Virus genome (UHGV): UHGV-0011768
From: a virus
DNA length: 50,190 bases
Reading direction: 5' to 3' (one strand)
This document shows, piece by piece, positions 34,857-44,283 of the stretch (its first letter is position 1; each line of letters opens with the position of its first letter). The position numbers and the translations under genes are program-made. The notes beneath the pieces were generated by a model. It saw nothing but the letters and a program-made list of their open reading frames with translations. It ran no database searches and was not told the origin of the DNA.

Positions 34857-35516
34857 TTACTGAACTAGGTATTGATCAATCCATTGAACCTCATCTGATT
34901 CAGCAGGATAGATAATAGCCGCACCGTATGAGACCTTTTTCCCCGTTCTTTTGCAGGTAGCAGAAGCAATAATCATGGTTTTTCTTTTTTTCATTTGATT
35001 TTCGCTGACCCCTTGCTCTTCCATACCTTTTAAAACGGCTAATGCTATAGCCTGTGATGCAAATTGAATCATTTCTTTTTGCAGGCTTTTGTTGAATTGC
35101 ACCTCAATAGCATAGGTCGTACCACCTTCAGCACCAAACTGATGCCACGAGATGTCGTACCTCCCTCCAGTTCTGCCGTACTTCTCATTCAGGGTCGCCG
35201 TAATCTGGCGCATGTCGCGCCTAAGCTTTTGAGTCAGTTTGTCTTTTGAAATCTTGTTACTACTTACCGGGGCACGGGATTCTACACGCGTCCCTTCCGA
35301 AGTTGTATTTATGACATTGGGCTCATTTCTTCCACTAGAGAAATACCAAATAAGAAGGAGTATCGCTAAAGGAATGCCGAATGCCTTCCAGATAGAATCC
35401 TTTTTCTTTTCGAGGGATTTCCTATCTTCGTCTGTGACAGGGCGGCCACATTTGGGACAGGCCGAAGCGGAGCTAGATATTTTGTTTTTGCAATCCGGGC
35501 ATTTAAACATAGCCAT
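34857..35516 (-). CDS. Zn-ribbon / single-TM membrane protein with extracytoplasmic domain
   Basis: CPDCKNK...CPKCGRP ribbon, TM IPLAILLLIWYF, about 150-aa C-terminal domain. GC roughly 42 %, clearly foreign to the phage backbone. Confidence 0.5.
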   Translation of the reverse strand: MAMFKCPDCKNKISSSASACPKCGRPVTDEDRKSLEKKKDSIWKAFGIPLAILLLIWYFSSGRNEPNVINTTSEGTRVESRAPVSSNKISKDKLTQKLRRDMRQITATLNEKYGRTGGRYDISWHQFGAEGGTTYAIEVQFNKSLQKEMIQFASQAIALAVLKGMEEQGVSENQMKKRKTMIIASATCKRTGKKVSYGAAIIYPAESDEVQWIDQYLVQ

Positions 35517-35614
35517 CTCTATTCACCCTCCTTCGCTTTTTTCGCGGCGTCATACTGCGTGGCCGTGGCGCGGATACGGTCGCCCAGGGGCAGAATGTCA
35601 TCCAGCTTGTCGAT

Positions 35615-36613
35615 TTACACCTTGGCGTCCTTGTTCTCCCCGTCGAACAGACCGACGAACCAGGGCCGTTTGTTAAAGTGCAGGCGCAGCAGGGGCTTGA
35701 ACCGGCCGTCGAGGACGATATTGCAGTACGCCTGCCAGTCCTGGAGCTTGATACGTTCGGCGTCCACTACGCCCATAAGCAGCGATTTGACCAGGTAGAA
35801 GGCTTCCCGCTCTTCCTCCGTTGTCACGATATTGGAGGTAACCGGTTTTTCTTGAGCCTCTTCGGGAAGATCCGCAGGCAGGCTTTCAGGGGCTTCCGGC
35901 CGCTGGGTCATGGCACTTTTGAGGCGCTCATTGATGCGGTCATTGATGAACTGATCCAGCGCGGCCACGAGGATCGGCGTAAACCGTTCGCGGACTTTCT
36001 GGGTGATCATCCCGTCATAGGTCTGGCTGATGAAGAAACGGGCAAAATCCTCGTGAGGATTGTCCATCTGTTCGGCCATGATGCGCTTGAACTCGCGGTT
36101 GTATTTCAGTTCGTTGGCCGCGCTCAGGCAGGCATCGCGGTCAAATTTGCCCTTGGCCAGCTTGCGCAGCTCGGGGATGAGCGTCTCGTCCATATCGGAC
36201 AGGCAAAACTCCATATAGGGCTTGCTGTCCATGCGGTTGGTGTCTTCGAGATCGGAGTAGAAGCGGTAGCGGTTCCCGTCCGTCAGGATGGCAATAGGGG
36301 CTTCCGTGCCGTGGAAATACAACTGGAGCTGGTTGCATTGCTTGGTGTCCAGTGCGGTGCCGAAAGCCTTGCACTCAATCAACAGAATCGGCTTCCCGTC
36401 AGCGAGGATGGCGTAATCAACACGAGCGTCTTTGTACTCACCGATAGGGGCTGAAAATTCCGGCACCACTTCGCTGGGGTTGAATACGTCGTAACCAAGG
36501 GCTGCAATGAACGGCATCACCAGTGCGTTTTTCGTGGCCTCTTCCGTCCCCAGGGTGTCCCCGATATTCCGTACTTTTTTAGTCAGCCCTGCGATTTTTT
36601 CAGAAAAATCCAT
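35615..36613 (-). CDS. Standalone PD-(D/E)xK nuclease-fold protein with HsdR-N-like N-terminal domain
   Basis: MPFIAALGYDVF...EYKDARVDYAILADGKPILLIECK matches the type I restriction HsdR N-terminal nuclease fold (D...E.K). About 180-aa uncharacterised C-terminal half. Own promoter TTGCGA-17-TTAAAT and AGGGAGG RBS upstream. Confidence 0.55.
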   Translation of the reverse strand: MDFSEKIAGLTKKVRNIGDTLGTEEATKNALVMPFIAALGYDVFNPSEVVPEFSAPIGEYKDARVDYAILADGKPILLIECKAFGTALDTKQCNQLQLYFHGTEAPIAILTDGNRYRFYSDLEDTNRMDSKPYMEFCLSDMDETLIPELRKLAKGKFDRDACLSAANELKYNREFKRIMAEQMDNPHEDFARFFISQTYDGMITQKVRERFTPILVAALDQFINDRINERLKSAMTQRPEAPESLPADLPEEAQEKPVTSNIVTTEEEREAFYLVKSLLMGVVDAERIKLQDWQAYCNIVLDGRFKPLLRLHFNKRPWFVGLFDGENKDAKV

Positions 36614-36709
36614 AGTATTGCCTCCCTATTTCCCCTCATTTAAGCAACTTTTCCTTCCCTTCGCAATCCTTTCCGAACTTTAACAAGTTTTGACAAACTT
36701 TTCATATAG

Positions 36710-36773
36710 TTGCCGTTACCGCGTGATGTGCTATACTAACCCCAAAATTGCAGACGGCATCCATGCCCGTCTG
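36710..36773 (+). promoter_or_regulatory. Promoter for downstream tail-joining operon plus leader hairpin
   Basis: TTGCCG (36710-15), 16-nt spacer, TATACT (36732-37). Imperfect hairpin CAGACGG-9 nt-CCGTCTG at 36751-36773. Divergent from the minus-strand promoter of 36613. Confidence 0.45.
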
Positions 36774-36796
36774 ACATATCCAGACATGAGGGCTCC

Positions 36797-37237
36797 ATGG
36801 CACAGAACAAGAAAAACAATCGCAAAATCGACAAGGTCGCCGACGCACCCACGTCCACGGCGGCTGAGGACATGGCTCCTGCCGCGACCGGGAAGGACAC
36901 GGTGACCGTGGCCCTCAACCGGGCCCAGGGAATCAAGTTTATCCTGGGTGACGGGCGCAGGGTGGAAATCTTTGGCAACGCCGTTCACCTGCGTGGCAAG
37001 GAAATGGGAGAGCTGCCCACCGGCGGAGCTTTTGGTCTGACCACCATCCCCGCAGAAGATTGGGAAGAAATCGTGCGCCGATACGGCGATACGAAGCTTT
37101 TTGCTTCCGGGCGGATTTTCGCCCAATCTACCCGTTCCAACGTACTGGCCCAGACCCGGGATCATGCCGACACCCGCCACGGGCTGGAACCGTTCAGGGG
37201 AGCCCACACCGAAGCCGCCAAGGCCGCCGGGGAATAG
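36797..37237 (+). CDS. Hypothetical virion/head-tail joining protein
   Basis: 146 aa, first gene after the cargo island. Confidence 0.4.
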   Translation: MAQNKKNNRKIDKVADAPTSTAAEDMAPAATGKDTVTVALNRAQGIKFILGDGRRVEIFGNAVHLRGKEMGELPTGGAFGLTTIPAEDWEEIVRRYGDTKLFASGRIFAQSTRSNVLAQTRDHADTRHGLEPFRGAHTEAAKAAGE

Positions 37238-37239
37238 CT

Positions 37240-37656
37240 GTGGCTGTTGTGGTGTTCGATCCGCAGCAGTTCCGGGCCATGTATCCGCGCTTTACGCAGG
37301 GTATCATCTCGGACGCCGAATTGCGGCAGGCATTTGATGTGGCTTGCCTCATTCTGGATAACACCAACGCCAGCGCTGTCCCCTACGACCCGGACAAGGA
37401 TGTTTTTGTCCGGCGTACGCTCCTCTATCTGTTGGTTTGCCACTTGGCGACTATGGCCCTGTGGCCAGCCGGGCAATCCGGCCCCATGAGCAATGCAACA
37501 CAGGGCAGTGTGTCCGTGGGATTTTCCATCCCGTCGCATCTTAACGGCCAATATTTCCAGAATACGCCCTGCGGACAGACCTTCTGGCAAGCAATCCAGC
37601 GTTACCTGTCCGGCGGGCGTTATTTCCCGGCTCGTTACTATCACCCTTGGGGGTAA
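37240..37656 (+). CDS. Putative head-tail connector/adaptor protein (gp6-like)
   Basis: GTG start directly after upstream stop. FDPQQFRAMYPRF...DAELRQAFDVACLILD pattern. Confidence 0.4.
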   Translation: MAVVVFDPQQFRAMYPRFTQGIISDAELRQAFDVACLILDNTNASAVPYDPDKDVFVRRTLLYLLVCHLATMALWPAGQSGPMSNATQGSVSVGFSIPSHLNGQYFQNTPCGQTFWQAIQRYLSGGRYFPARYYHPWG

Positions 37657-38123
37657 TCGTGGAAAACGGCATTGACCTGTGGGAGGAGCTGGGACTGGAG
37701 GAATACTGTCACGGCGAAAAAAGCGTCATTGCCGGAGTCTTGGAAGGCGCGACCAACCGCGAAACAGGGGAGTCCGTCGCGGAATATGCGGCGCACAACG
37801 AGTTCGGCACCAACAGGATCCCCTCACGTCCTTTTTTACGCCAGACCTTCGACGAAAAAGCGGAGGAATGGGCCAATAATCTGGGAAAGGCTGTTGAGGC
37901 CGGATATTCCCCTGCCGGGGCCTTCCAGCTTGTGGGGACCCGCATGGCTGAAGACATTCAGGCTACCATCAAGAGCAATATGCCCCCCAAAAATTCCGAG
38001 GCCACAATCGAGCAGAAACGCAAAAAAGTGGATGGCGGAGCCAAGGGGGAAAGCATGGTTCCCGGCACTCTCATTGATACCGGCTCTCTGTTGAGCTCCA
38101 TCGACCATGAGGTCCGCAGGTAA
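37647..38123 (+). CDS. HK97 gp10-like / tail completion (virion morphogenesis) protein
   Basis: NEFGTNRIPSRPFLRQTFD ... PGTLIDTGSLLSSI motifs of the gp10/Phage_tail_S families. Confidence 0.55.
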   Translation: MGVIVENGIDLWEELGLEEYCHGEKSVIAGVLEGATNRETGESVAEYAAHNEFGTNRIPSRPFLRQTFDEKAEEWANNLGKAVEAGYSPAGAFQLVGTRMAEDIQATIKSNMPPKNSEATIEQKRKKVDGGAKGESMVPGTLIDTGSLLSSIDHEVRR

Positions 38124-38560
38124 TGAATCTGCATGCCATCGTTCGCAACGCCATTACCGCGGTCAATCCCGATCAGACGGTCATCCTGCTGGCGAGCGCC
38201 GGGCAGGCCCAGGGAGAGGATTACACGCAGCGCCCCCTGTGGCATCCGGCGGTGTCCGTCCCGGCCCAGGTGCAGCCCGTGCCGGACAAGACCCTGCAAT
38301 GGCTGCTCCAGGCCCGCCGTAACGGCATCTGGCGCGACTGTTACCTGTACGGCCCCGTGACGGGCCTGGAGCGCGCCACGGCCCAGGGCGGCGACATGCT
38401 CTATTTCGAGGGCTTCGAGTGGCAGGTGGATCAGGTGCTGGAGGCCTGGAACGCCACGGCGGGCTGGACGAAGGTCCGCTGCATCCAGGTCCGGGCCACC
38501 ACCCCGCCGGAGACCGGGGCCACGGAGCGCCCCGGAGAGGTGCCCGCATGGCCGGGCTAG
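38123..38560 (+). CDS. Hypothetical tail-completion protein
   Basis: 145 aa ORF, ATGA coupling, position. Confidence 0.4.
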   Translation: MNLHAIVRNAITAVNPDQTVILLASAGQAQGEDYTQRPLWHPAVSVPAQVQPVPDKTLQWLLQARRNGIWRDCYLYGPVTGLERATAQGGDMLYFEGFEWQVDQVLEAWNATAGWTKVRCIQVRATTPPETGATERPGEVPAWPG

Positions 38561-39093
38561 ATACGGGCACGCAGCCCGTCGTCACGCCGCTGGACGCCGC
38601 GCTGGTCAAGGCCGTGGGGGATTTCTGCCGCTGGTGCGTGGGGGCCGGTCTGCCCGTCGTGCGGGGCTGGACCAACGCCGTCAGCCGCCCGCCGGGCGCC
38701 CATATCGTGGTGGCGCCGTTCTCCGCCACCTGGCACGCCACCACGTCCCGGAGCTACGACCCCGGAGAGGACGGCCGGGGCCGGGTCACGGTGGCACGCT
38801 CCATGAGCCGCCGTGTGCAGGTGGATTTTTACGGGCCGGATGCCCAGGCACAGGCCCAGGCCGTGGCGACGCTGGCGCAGGACATGACGGGGTGTGATTT
38901 CCTCAAACCCTACGGCCTGACGCCCCTCACGGTCACGGATCCGCAGGAGCTCACCGGCATGGCGGGCAACGAGCAGGCGGAACCGCGCTGGATGCTGGAG
39001 CTGGAGCTCCAGCCGGGGCCGGAGTTCGCGGGCGTGACCGTGGAACTGGATTTTTTCGACAACGTCAATTTGGGCCTGCATCCGCAGGCGTAG
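38548..39093 (+). CDS. Hypothetical tail protein (sheath-initiator/terminator position)
   Basis: Start MAGLDTG overlapping upstream stop. 181 aa. Confidence 0.4.
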   Translation: MAGLDTGTQPVVTPLDAALVKAVGDFCRWCVGAGLPVVRGWTNAVSRPPGAHIVVAPFSATWHATTSRSYDPGEDGRGRVTVARSMSRRVQVDFYGPDAQAQAQAVATLAQDMTGCDFLKPYGLTPLTVTDPQELTGMAGNEQAEPRWMLELELQPGPEFAGVTVELDFFDNVNLGLHPQA

Positions 39094-39102
39094 GAGGCGC
39101 AC

Positions 39103-40980
39103 ATGAGCGTCAATGCCGACAAACTGGTGCAGATCGTCCCGCGTGTCATCGACGCGGGCACGTCCGGCCTCACATTCTCCGGCCTGTTCCTGACACAAAG
39201 CGAGCTGCCGCCCACCGGGCGCGTGCTCCAGTTCGCCAGCGCCCAGGCCGTGGCGGACTATTTCGGCTCCGAGACCGACGAGGCCCGGGCCGCGCGGATC
39301 TATTTCCAGGGCTACACCAACACGCAGTATCTTCCCGGTTTCCTGTTGTTCGCCCCGTACCGGGCGACGGCGGCCGCCGCGTGGCTGCGCGGCGCGGCCT
39401 ATGAGGGCACGCTGGCCGATCTCAAGCTGGTGCGCGACGGCACCCTGAAAATCACCATCGACGGCATCGAGCGCACGGCCAACGGTGTGGACTTCTACAC
39501 GGCCACCAGCCTGAGCGACTGCGCCCAGCGTTTGCAGACGGCCCTCTCCCAAACGGCGGAGATCGAGGCCACGGCGGGTAAATTGACCGGCGGCCCCGTG
39601 GCGAACGTGGAGCCCCTCAAAGCCGTCAGCGCGGGCAAGCTGGACATCAGCGTGGACGGGACCGGGCAGAACCTGACCGCCCTGGATTTTTCGAGCGTCG
39701 CCAGCCTGACGGACGTGGCCGGGGTGCTCACCACGGCCCTGAGCGGCAAGGCCACGGTCACGGTCTCCGGCAATTCCCTAGTCATCACGTCCGCCACCAC
39801 GGGCGCGAGCTCCACCGTCTCCTATGCCTCGGACCCCGAGCCCACCGGCGGCGTGGCTGATCTGGCGGAAGCCCTGGGCCTCACGCAGGATACCGGCGCC
39901 GTCAGCACGGCGGGCACGGCTGCCTATCAGCCCAAGGCGCCCGTCGTGACCTATAGCTCCCAGACGCAGGCATTCCAGATCACGTCCGGGGAGACGGGCA
40001 GCGCGTCCGCCGTGGCCTACGGCCAGAGCGCGGGCAGCGGCACGGATCTTTCCCGGGTGCTCAACCTGACCGAGCAGCTGGGGGCCGTGCAGAGCGAGGG
40101 CACGGGCGGCCAGAGCCTCACGGACTGCCTGACAGGCGTGCTCAAGTCCGCTCGCGACTGGGTGTCGTTCTCCACCATCTGGGAGCCGGAGCGTGCCGAA
40201 AAGCTGGAGCTGGCGACCTGGTGCTCCGGGCATGACACCCGCTTCGTCTATGTCATGTGGGACACCGACAACACGGCCCGCGTCCAGGGCAGCACCGCCA
40301 GCGCCGGCTACGCCATCACCCACACGCTGGAACTGGACGGCGCCTGCTGCGTCTGGAACACGCTGGACATGGCCGCGGGCGTCATGGGCGCCATTGCCTG
40401 CCTCAACTTCGACCAGCGCGAGGGCCGCACGACCCTGGCCTTCCGCCAGTTCGAGGGCGTGGCCGTCACCTGCGACGATGACGGGGACTACGACGCCCTG
40501 ATCGCCAACGGCTACAACTGCTACGCGGATTTCGCCACGGCCTCGGCACAGTTCAAATTTTTCCAGAACGGACAGGTGTCCGGCAAGTTCGACTGGCTGG
40601 ACACCTACTGCAACGCCATCGCCTTGAAAGACGCGCTCCAGCTCAACATCCTGGATCTGTTCGCCGCCGTGCGCAGTCTGCCCTACAACGAGGACGGCTA
40701 CGCCAGCGTCCGCACCGCCTGCCTGGATACCATCAACCGGTTCATCAACTTCGGTGCCATCAGGACGGGCATCAGCCTGAGCCAGACGCAAAAGGTGCAG
40801 CTGTTGCAGGAGATCGGCAAGGACGTGAGCCAAACGCTGGAGAGCGCCGGCTGGTACATGCAGATCACGGACCCCGGCGCTGTCATCCGCGGACAGCGGC
40901 AGTCCCCCAACTGCGCGTTTTATTACATGGATGGCGGCAGCATCCAGAAGATCGTGATGAGCGCCACGGCCATCCAGTAG
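39103..40980 (+). CDS. Tail sheath protein (contractile tail)
   Basis: 625 aa immediately upstream of tube, chaperone-frameshift and tape-measure genes. N-terminal LVQIVPRVIDAGTSGLTF typical of sheath N-termini. Confidence 0.6.
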   Translation: MSVNADKLVQIVPRVIDAGTSGLTFSGLFLTQSELPPTGRVLQFASAQAVADYFGSETDEARAARIYFQGYTNTQYLPGFLLFAPYRATAAAAWLRGAAYEGTLADLKLVRDGTLKITIDGIERTANGVDFYTATSLSDCAQRLQTALSQTAEIEATAGKLTGGPVANVEPLKAVSAGKLDISVDGTGQNLTALDFSSVASLTDVAGVLTTALSGKATVTVSGNSLVITSATTGASSTVSYASDPEPTGGVADLAEALGLTQDTGAVSTAGTAAYQPKAPVVTYSSQTQAFQITSGETGSASAVAYGQSAGSGTDLSRVLNLTEQLGAVQSEGTGGQSLTDCLTGVLKSARDWVSFSTIWEPERAEKLELATWCSGHDTRFVYVMWDTDNTARVQGSTASAGYAITHTLELDGACCVWNTLDMAAGVMGAIACLNFDQREGRTTLAFRQFEGVAVTCDDDGDYDALIANGYNCYADFATASAQFKFFQNGQVSGKFDWLDTYCNAIALKDALQLNILDLFAAVRSLPYNEDGYASVRTACLDTINRFINFGAIRTGISLSQTQKVQLLQEIGKDVSQTLESAGWYMQITDPGAVIRGQRQSPNCAFYYMDGGSIQKIVMSATAIQ

Positions 40981-40990
40981 GAGGAGCGAC

Positions 40991-41437
40991 ATGGACAACT
41001 TCGGAAAACCGACCATCACGGCGGCCAATAGCACGTTCTTTTTGACCGTGCCTGGCCTCTACGACAGCCCGGTCAAGATCGAGGGCTACAGCACTGACGC
41101 CATGGTGAGCGGCGAGGCCATCACCCCGCTGGTGGCCGAGATGGGCGTTGACGGTCATCTCTCCTTCGGCTGGACGCCCACCGCCAAGACCATCACCGTG
41201 ACGCTGGCAGCCGACAGCCCCAGCCGCCAGGTCATGGAGGACTGGGTGATGTACCAGGACGCGAAACGCGAGTCCGTGCTGTGCAACGCCGAGTTCTGCC
41301 TGCCGGGCATCGGCCGCAAGTACATCGGGATGCGCGGGGGCATCACTAGCTCTCCGCCCATGCCCGGAGCCAACAAGACGCTCCAGCCCACGGCCTACAC
41401 CATCCAGTTTGAAAAATGGACGCCTGCCGTCATCTAG
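40991..41437 (+). CDS. Tail tube protein
   Basis: 148 aa, position between sheath and chaperone. Confidence 0.55.
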   Translation: MDNFGKPTITAANSTFFLTVPGLYDSPVKIEGYSTDAMVSGEAITPLVAEMGVDGHLSFGWTPTAKTITVTLAADSPSRQVMEDWVMYQDAKRESVLCNAEFCLPGIGRKYIGMRGGITSSPPMPGANKTLQPTAYTIQFEKWTPAVI

Positions 41438-41449
41438 GAGAGTTCCATC

Positions 41450-41935
41450 ATGCTCAACGAGAAATTCATTACCATCGAAAGCGGCCGCGACCAGGGAAAA
41501 ACGTTCGTCGTCCGGGAGATGCCCGCCAGCAAGCTGGAGAAGTGGTCCGCCCGGGCCATGCTGGCCCTGTTCAATGGCAACCTTCCCGCCGACATTGCCG
41601 AGCAGGCCAGGGGCAGCAACGCCGTTGCCCTGGCCCAGGCTGTGGCCTCTGGTCTTGGCGGTATCAGCTGGGAGCTGGTGGAGCCGCTCTACGACGAGCT
41701 CCTGGGCTGCGTGTACCGCGTCCCTGATCCGTCAACGCCCGACAAACGGGTGCAGCTCAACCCCGCCAACGTGGACAATATTATCCAGGACATGAGCACG
41801 CTGCTGCGCCTGCGTGCCGGTGTGCTGGAGGTGTGTTTCGATTTTTTCGGCAGGGACGGTGGGCTGTACTCCCGCCTGACAACAGCCGCCGACCGCCTGA
41901 CCTCCGGGACTACGAAGCCCTCCCGGCCTGCATAG
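41450..41935 (+). CDS. Tail assembly chaperone (gpG/gpE analog)
   Basis: 161 aa upstream of tape measure. Contains slippery heptamer T-TTT-TTC at 41842-41848. Confidence 0.6.
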   Translation: MLNEKFITIESGRDQGKTFVVREMPASKLEKWSARAMLALFNGNLPADIAEQARGSNAVALAQAVASGLGGISWELVEPLYDELLGCVYRVPDPSTPDKRVQLNPANVDNIIQDMSTLLRLRAGVLEVCFDFFGRDGGLYSRLTTAADRLTSGTTKPSRPA

Positions 41936-42078
41936 CCGTGCCCATAGCGCGCGGGATGGCGTCGCTCCGGGACATGCAATGCCATTACAGCCTGGGCGAT
42001 GCCCTGGACCTGTACGAGATAGCCCGCGTGGATGCCTATAACCGCGCCCAATGGGAGAAATTCCATGACCGTCCGTGA
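41450..42078 (+). other. Predicted -1 programmed-frameshift fusion product (gpGT/gpE' analog)
   Basis: Zero frame ...GAT TTT TTC GGC...; -1 slip at T TTT TTC continues FFRQGRWAVLPPDN... to a stop at 42078, overlapping the tape-measure start. Confidence 0.5.
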
Positions 42079-43690
42079 ACTCGTCGTCAAACTCGTGCTC
42101 GATAGCCTGGGGTTCCGGGAGCGCGTCCAGGATGCCCAGGGGGAACTGGACAAGCTGGGCACGACCTCGAAGGAGGCCACGGACAAGGCCGCCAAAGGCA
42201 TGGACAAAGCCGCGGACAAGGCCGACGACCTGGGCGGCAAGGCCCGGGAAGCCGGGAAATCCATGCAGCAGGCCGCCGAGCGCGGGGAACGCGGGTTCGA
42301 TGGTCTGCTGGGCACGCTCGGCAAGGTGGCCGCCACCCTGGGCGGCCTGGCGGCCATACAGGCCACGGTCTCGGGCTATGTGCAGGCCGTGGCCGAGATC
42401 GAGGAGACCAGCGACATGCTGGGCATGAGCATGGAGGAGTGGCAGGGCTGGGCCTATGCCGCCAAACAGGCCGGGCTGGAAGCCGAGGACGTGCGCGACC
42501 GGTTCATGGATCTGGGCGACTGGATGACGGATCTGAACGTCAACGACGCCGGGCCGCTCAAGGACTTTGCCGAAAAGACCAAGACCAGCTTCAAGGACGC
42601 CAAGGGCGCCACGGTCTCTATGGAGGAAGGTCTCATGCGCCTGGCCGATACCGTGGGCAAGATGGACCGCCAGCAGGCGACCTCGTGGCTCCAGCAGATC
42701 GGCTTCGACGAAAAGACCACGCCCCTGATCCTCAAGGGCCGCAAGGCCATCGAGGAATATATCAAGGTGGGCAAGGAGCAGGCGCTCTACACCAAACGGG
42801 ACGCCGAAAATGCCCGCAGGATGCGCGAGGCCTGGCAGAGTATCACCTACGTCTACAATGCCGTCTCCGGGGCCATCCTGCGGGCGTTGGGGCCTGCATT
42901 CGAGTGGTTGGCGGAGAAGGTGGGGAAGGTCTCCACCTGGGTGCGGGAAAACGAAGACTCCCTGGTGGTGTTCATCACGGCCCTGGCCGCCGCCATTGGC
43001 CGCCTCCTCACCCCGGCTTTGTGGGGTATGGCGAAGGCAGCGGCCGCCGCGTTGTGGCCGTTCGCTCCGCTCATCCTGGGGGCTCTGGCCCTGGCTGAGG
43101 CATTCGATGATTTGTGGGCCTTCGCCTCCGGCGGCAACTCGATACTCGAAAACCTCATGCGCGCGTTCGGCGCGACGGACAAGACGGTCGAAGAGTTTCG
43201 GCAGACCGTGCGCAGTGCGGTTGGTTTTGTGCTCGACCTGTGGGACGCGCTCACCGGCAACGAAAAAGACAGCCAAGCGGCGCTTGAGCGCGTGAAAGCA
43301 CAGGTCAAGGCGGTTGCCGACGCGATCTCCAATTTTGTGCGCAGCATCGGGCAATGGGTCGAGGACCTCTTGCCGCAGTGGATCAAGGACCTCCTGATCG
43401 GAGACAGCAAGCCCCCGGCGAGTGCCGGCAAAGCAAGCCAGTCTGCCGGGGGCGGCTATGACGGCCTTGACGCCGCGGCTACCGGCGGTGTGGGTCCTCT
43501 TATGAGCTACCGCGCCGGGGATGCGGCCAGGCCGGCGGGCGGCAATGTGACGAACAACCGCAAAGCCGAGTTCAATGTCCAGAATATGACCGTTGTCACA
43601 AATGCGCAGACCGGAGAGGGAACGGGGCGAGAACTCGCCCGTGGCTTTGAAAACCAGGTCGCGCAGGCGGATGGCGCCAACGGGGTATAG
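42065..43690 (+). CDS. Tail tape measure protein
   Basis: Long helical Ala/Lys/Glu-rich protein with hydrophobic central segments. GGGAGAAA RBS. Confidence 0.75.
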   Translation: MTVRELVVKLVLDSLGFRERVQDAQGELDKLGTTSKEATDKAAKGMDKAADKADDLGGKAREAGKSMQQAAERGERGFDGLLGTLGKVAATLGGLAAIQATVSGYVQAVAEIEETSDMLGMSMEEWQGWAYAAKQAGLEAEDVRDRFMDLGDWMTDLNVNDAGPLKDFAEKTKTSFKDAKGATVSMEEGLMRLADTVGKMDRQQATSWLQQIGFDEKTTPLILKGRKAIEEYIKVGKEQALYTKRDAENARRMREAWQSITYVYNAVSGAILRALGPAFEWLAEKVGKVSTWVRENEDSLVVFITALAAAIGRLLTPALWGMAKAAAAALWPFAPLILGALALAEAFDDLWAFASGGNSILENLMRAFGATDKTVEEFRQTVRSAVGFVLDLWDALTGNEKDSQAALERVKAQVKAVADAISNFVRSIGQWVEDLLPQWIKDLLIGDSKPPASAGKASQSAGGGYDGLDAAATGGVGPLMSYRAGDAARPAGGNVTNNRKAEFNVQNMTVVTNAQTGEGTGRELARGFENQVAQADGANGV

Positions 43691-43691
43691 C

Positions 43692-44273
43692 ATGAGCATT
43701 TTCAGTGTGCTTGGGCAGGGTATAGCGGGCAACTGGTCCATCTACGACAAGGACGGAGCCGCGGCCGTGCCGTTCGATACGTTCTTTGCCCTGACCCGCA
43801 AGGACGAGGGCAAGGTCACGTCGCATCCCACGGAGCCCAACGGCTTTTTTGCCTACAACAAAGTGGACAGCCCGGGCACCGTTGGCGTGGTGCTGGGCAT
43901 CACCGGCAACAGCGAGACGCTGGGGCGCACCCTGGAGGCCCTGGAGAAGCTCAAAAGCTCCACCGATCTCGTCAGCATCGTCACGCCGGAAAAAACGCTG
44001 CTGGACTACACGCTGGAGTCCTACGACTACCAGCGCAGCGCGGACAGCGGTGTGGATCGCCTGCTGGTCTCCCTCTCCCTCGTGGAGATCCGGCAAGTGG
44101 CCCAGGAATACAGCAACGAAAAGATCCCCAAAGCCAAGCAGGCCGCCGACAGCAAAACGACCGAGGCGGGCAAGCAATCCGCCCAGCAGGCGGACGCGGC
44201 CACCCAGGGCAGGTGGAGCAAAAAGCACAACAACATGCTTTTAGGGCCGCGCGAAGAAAAGGCCGTCAAATAG
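43692..44273 (+). CDS. Hypothetical tail/baseplate protein
   Basis: 193 aa directly after the TMP stop. Confidence 0.4.
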   Translation: MSIFSVLGQGIAGNWSIYDKDGAAAVPFDTFFALTRKDEGKVTSHPTEPNGFFAYNKVDSPGTVGVVLGITGNSETLGRTLEALEKLKSSTDLVSIVTPEKTLLDYTLESYDYQRSADSGVDRLLVSLSLVEIRQVAQEYSNEKIPKAKQAADSKTTEAGKQSAQQADAATQGRWSKKHNNMLLGPREEKAVK

Positions 44274-44283
44274 AGGGAACGCC

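Noticed and set aside
41732-43741. 669-aa minus-strand ORF
   Set aside because: Antisense to the tape-measure gene; same shadow-ORF character.
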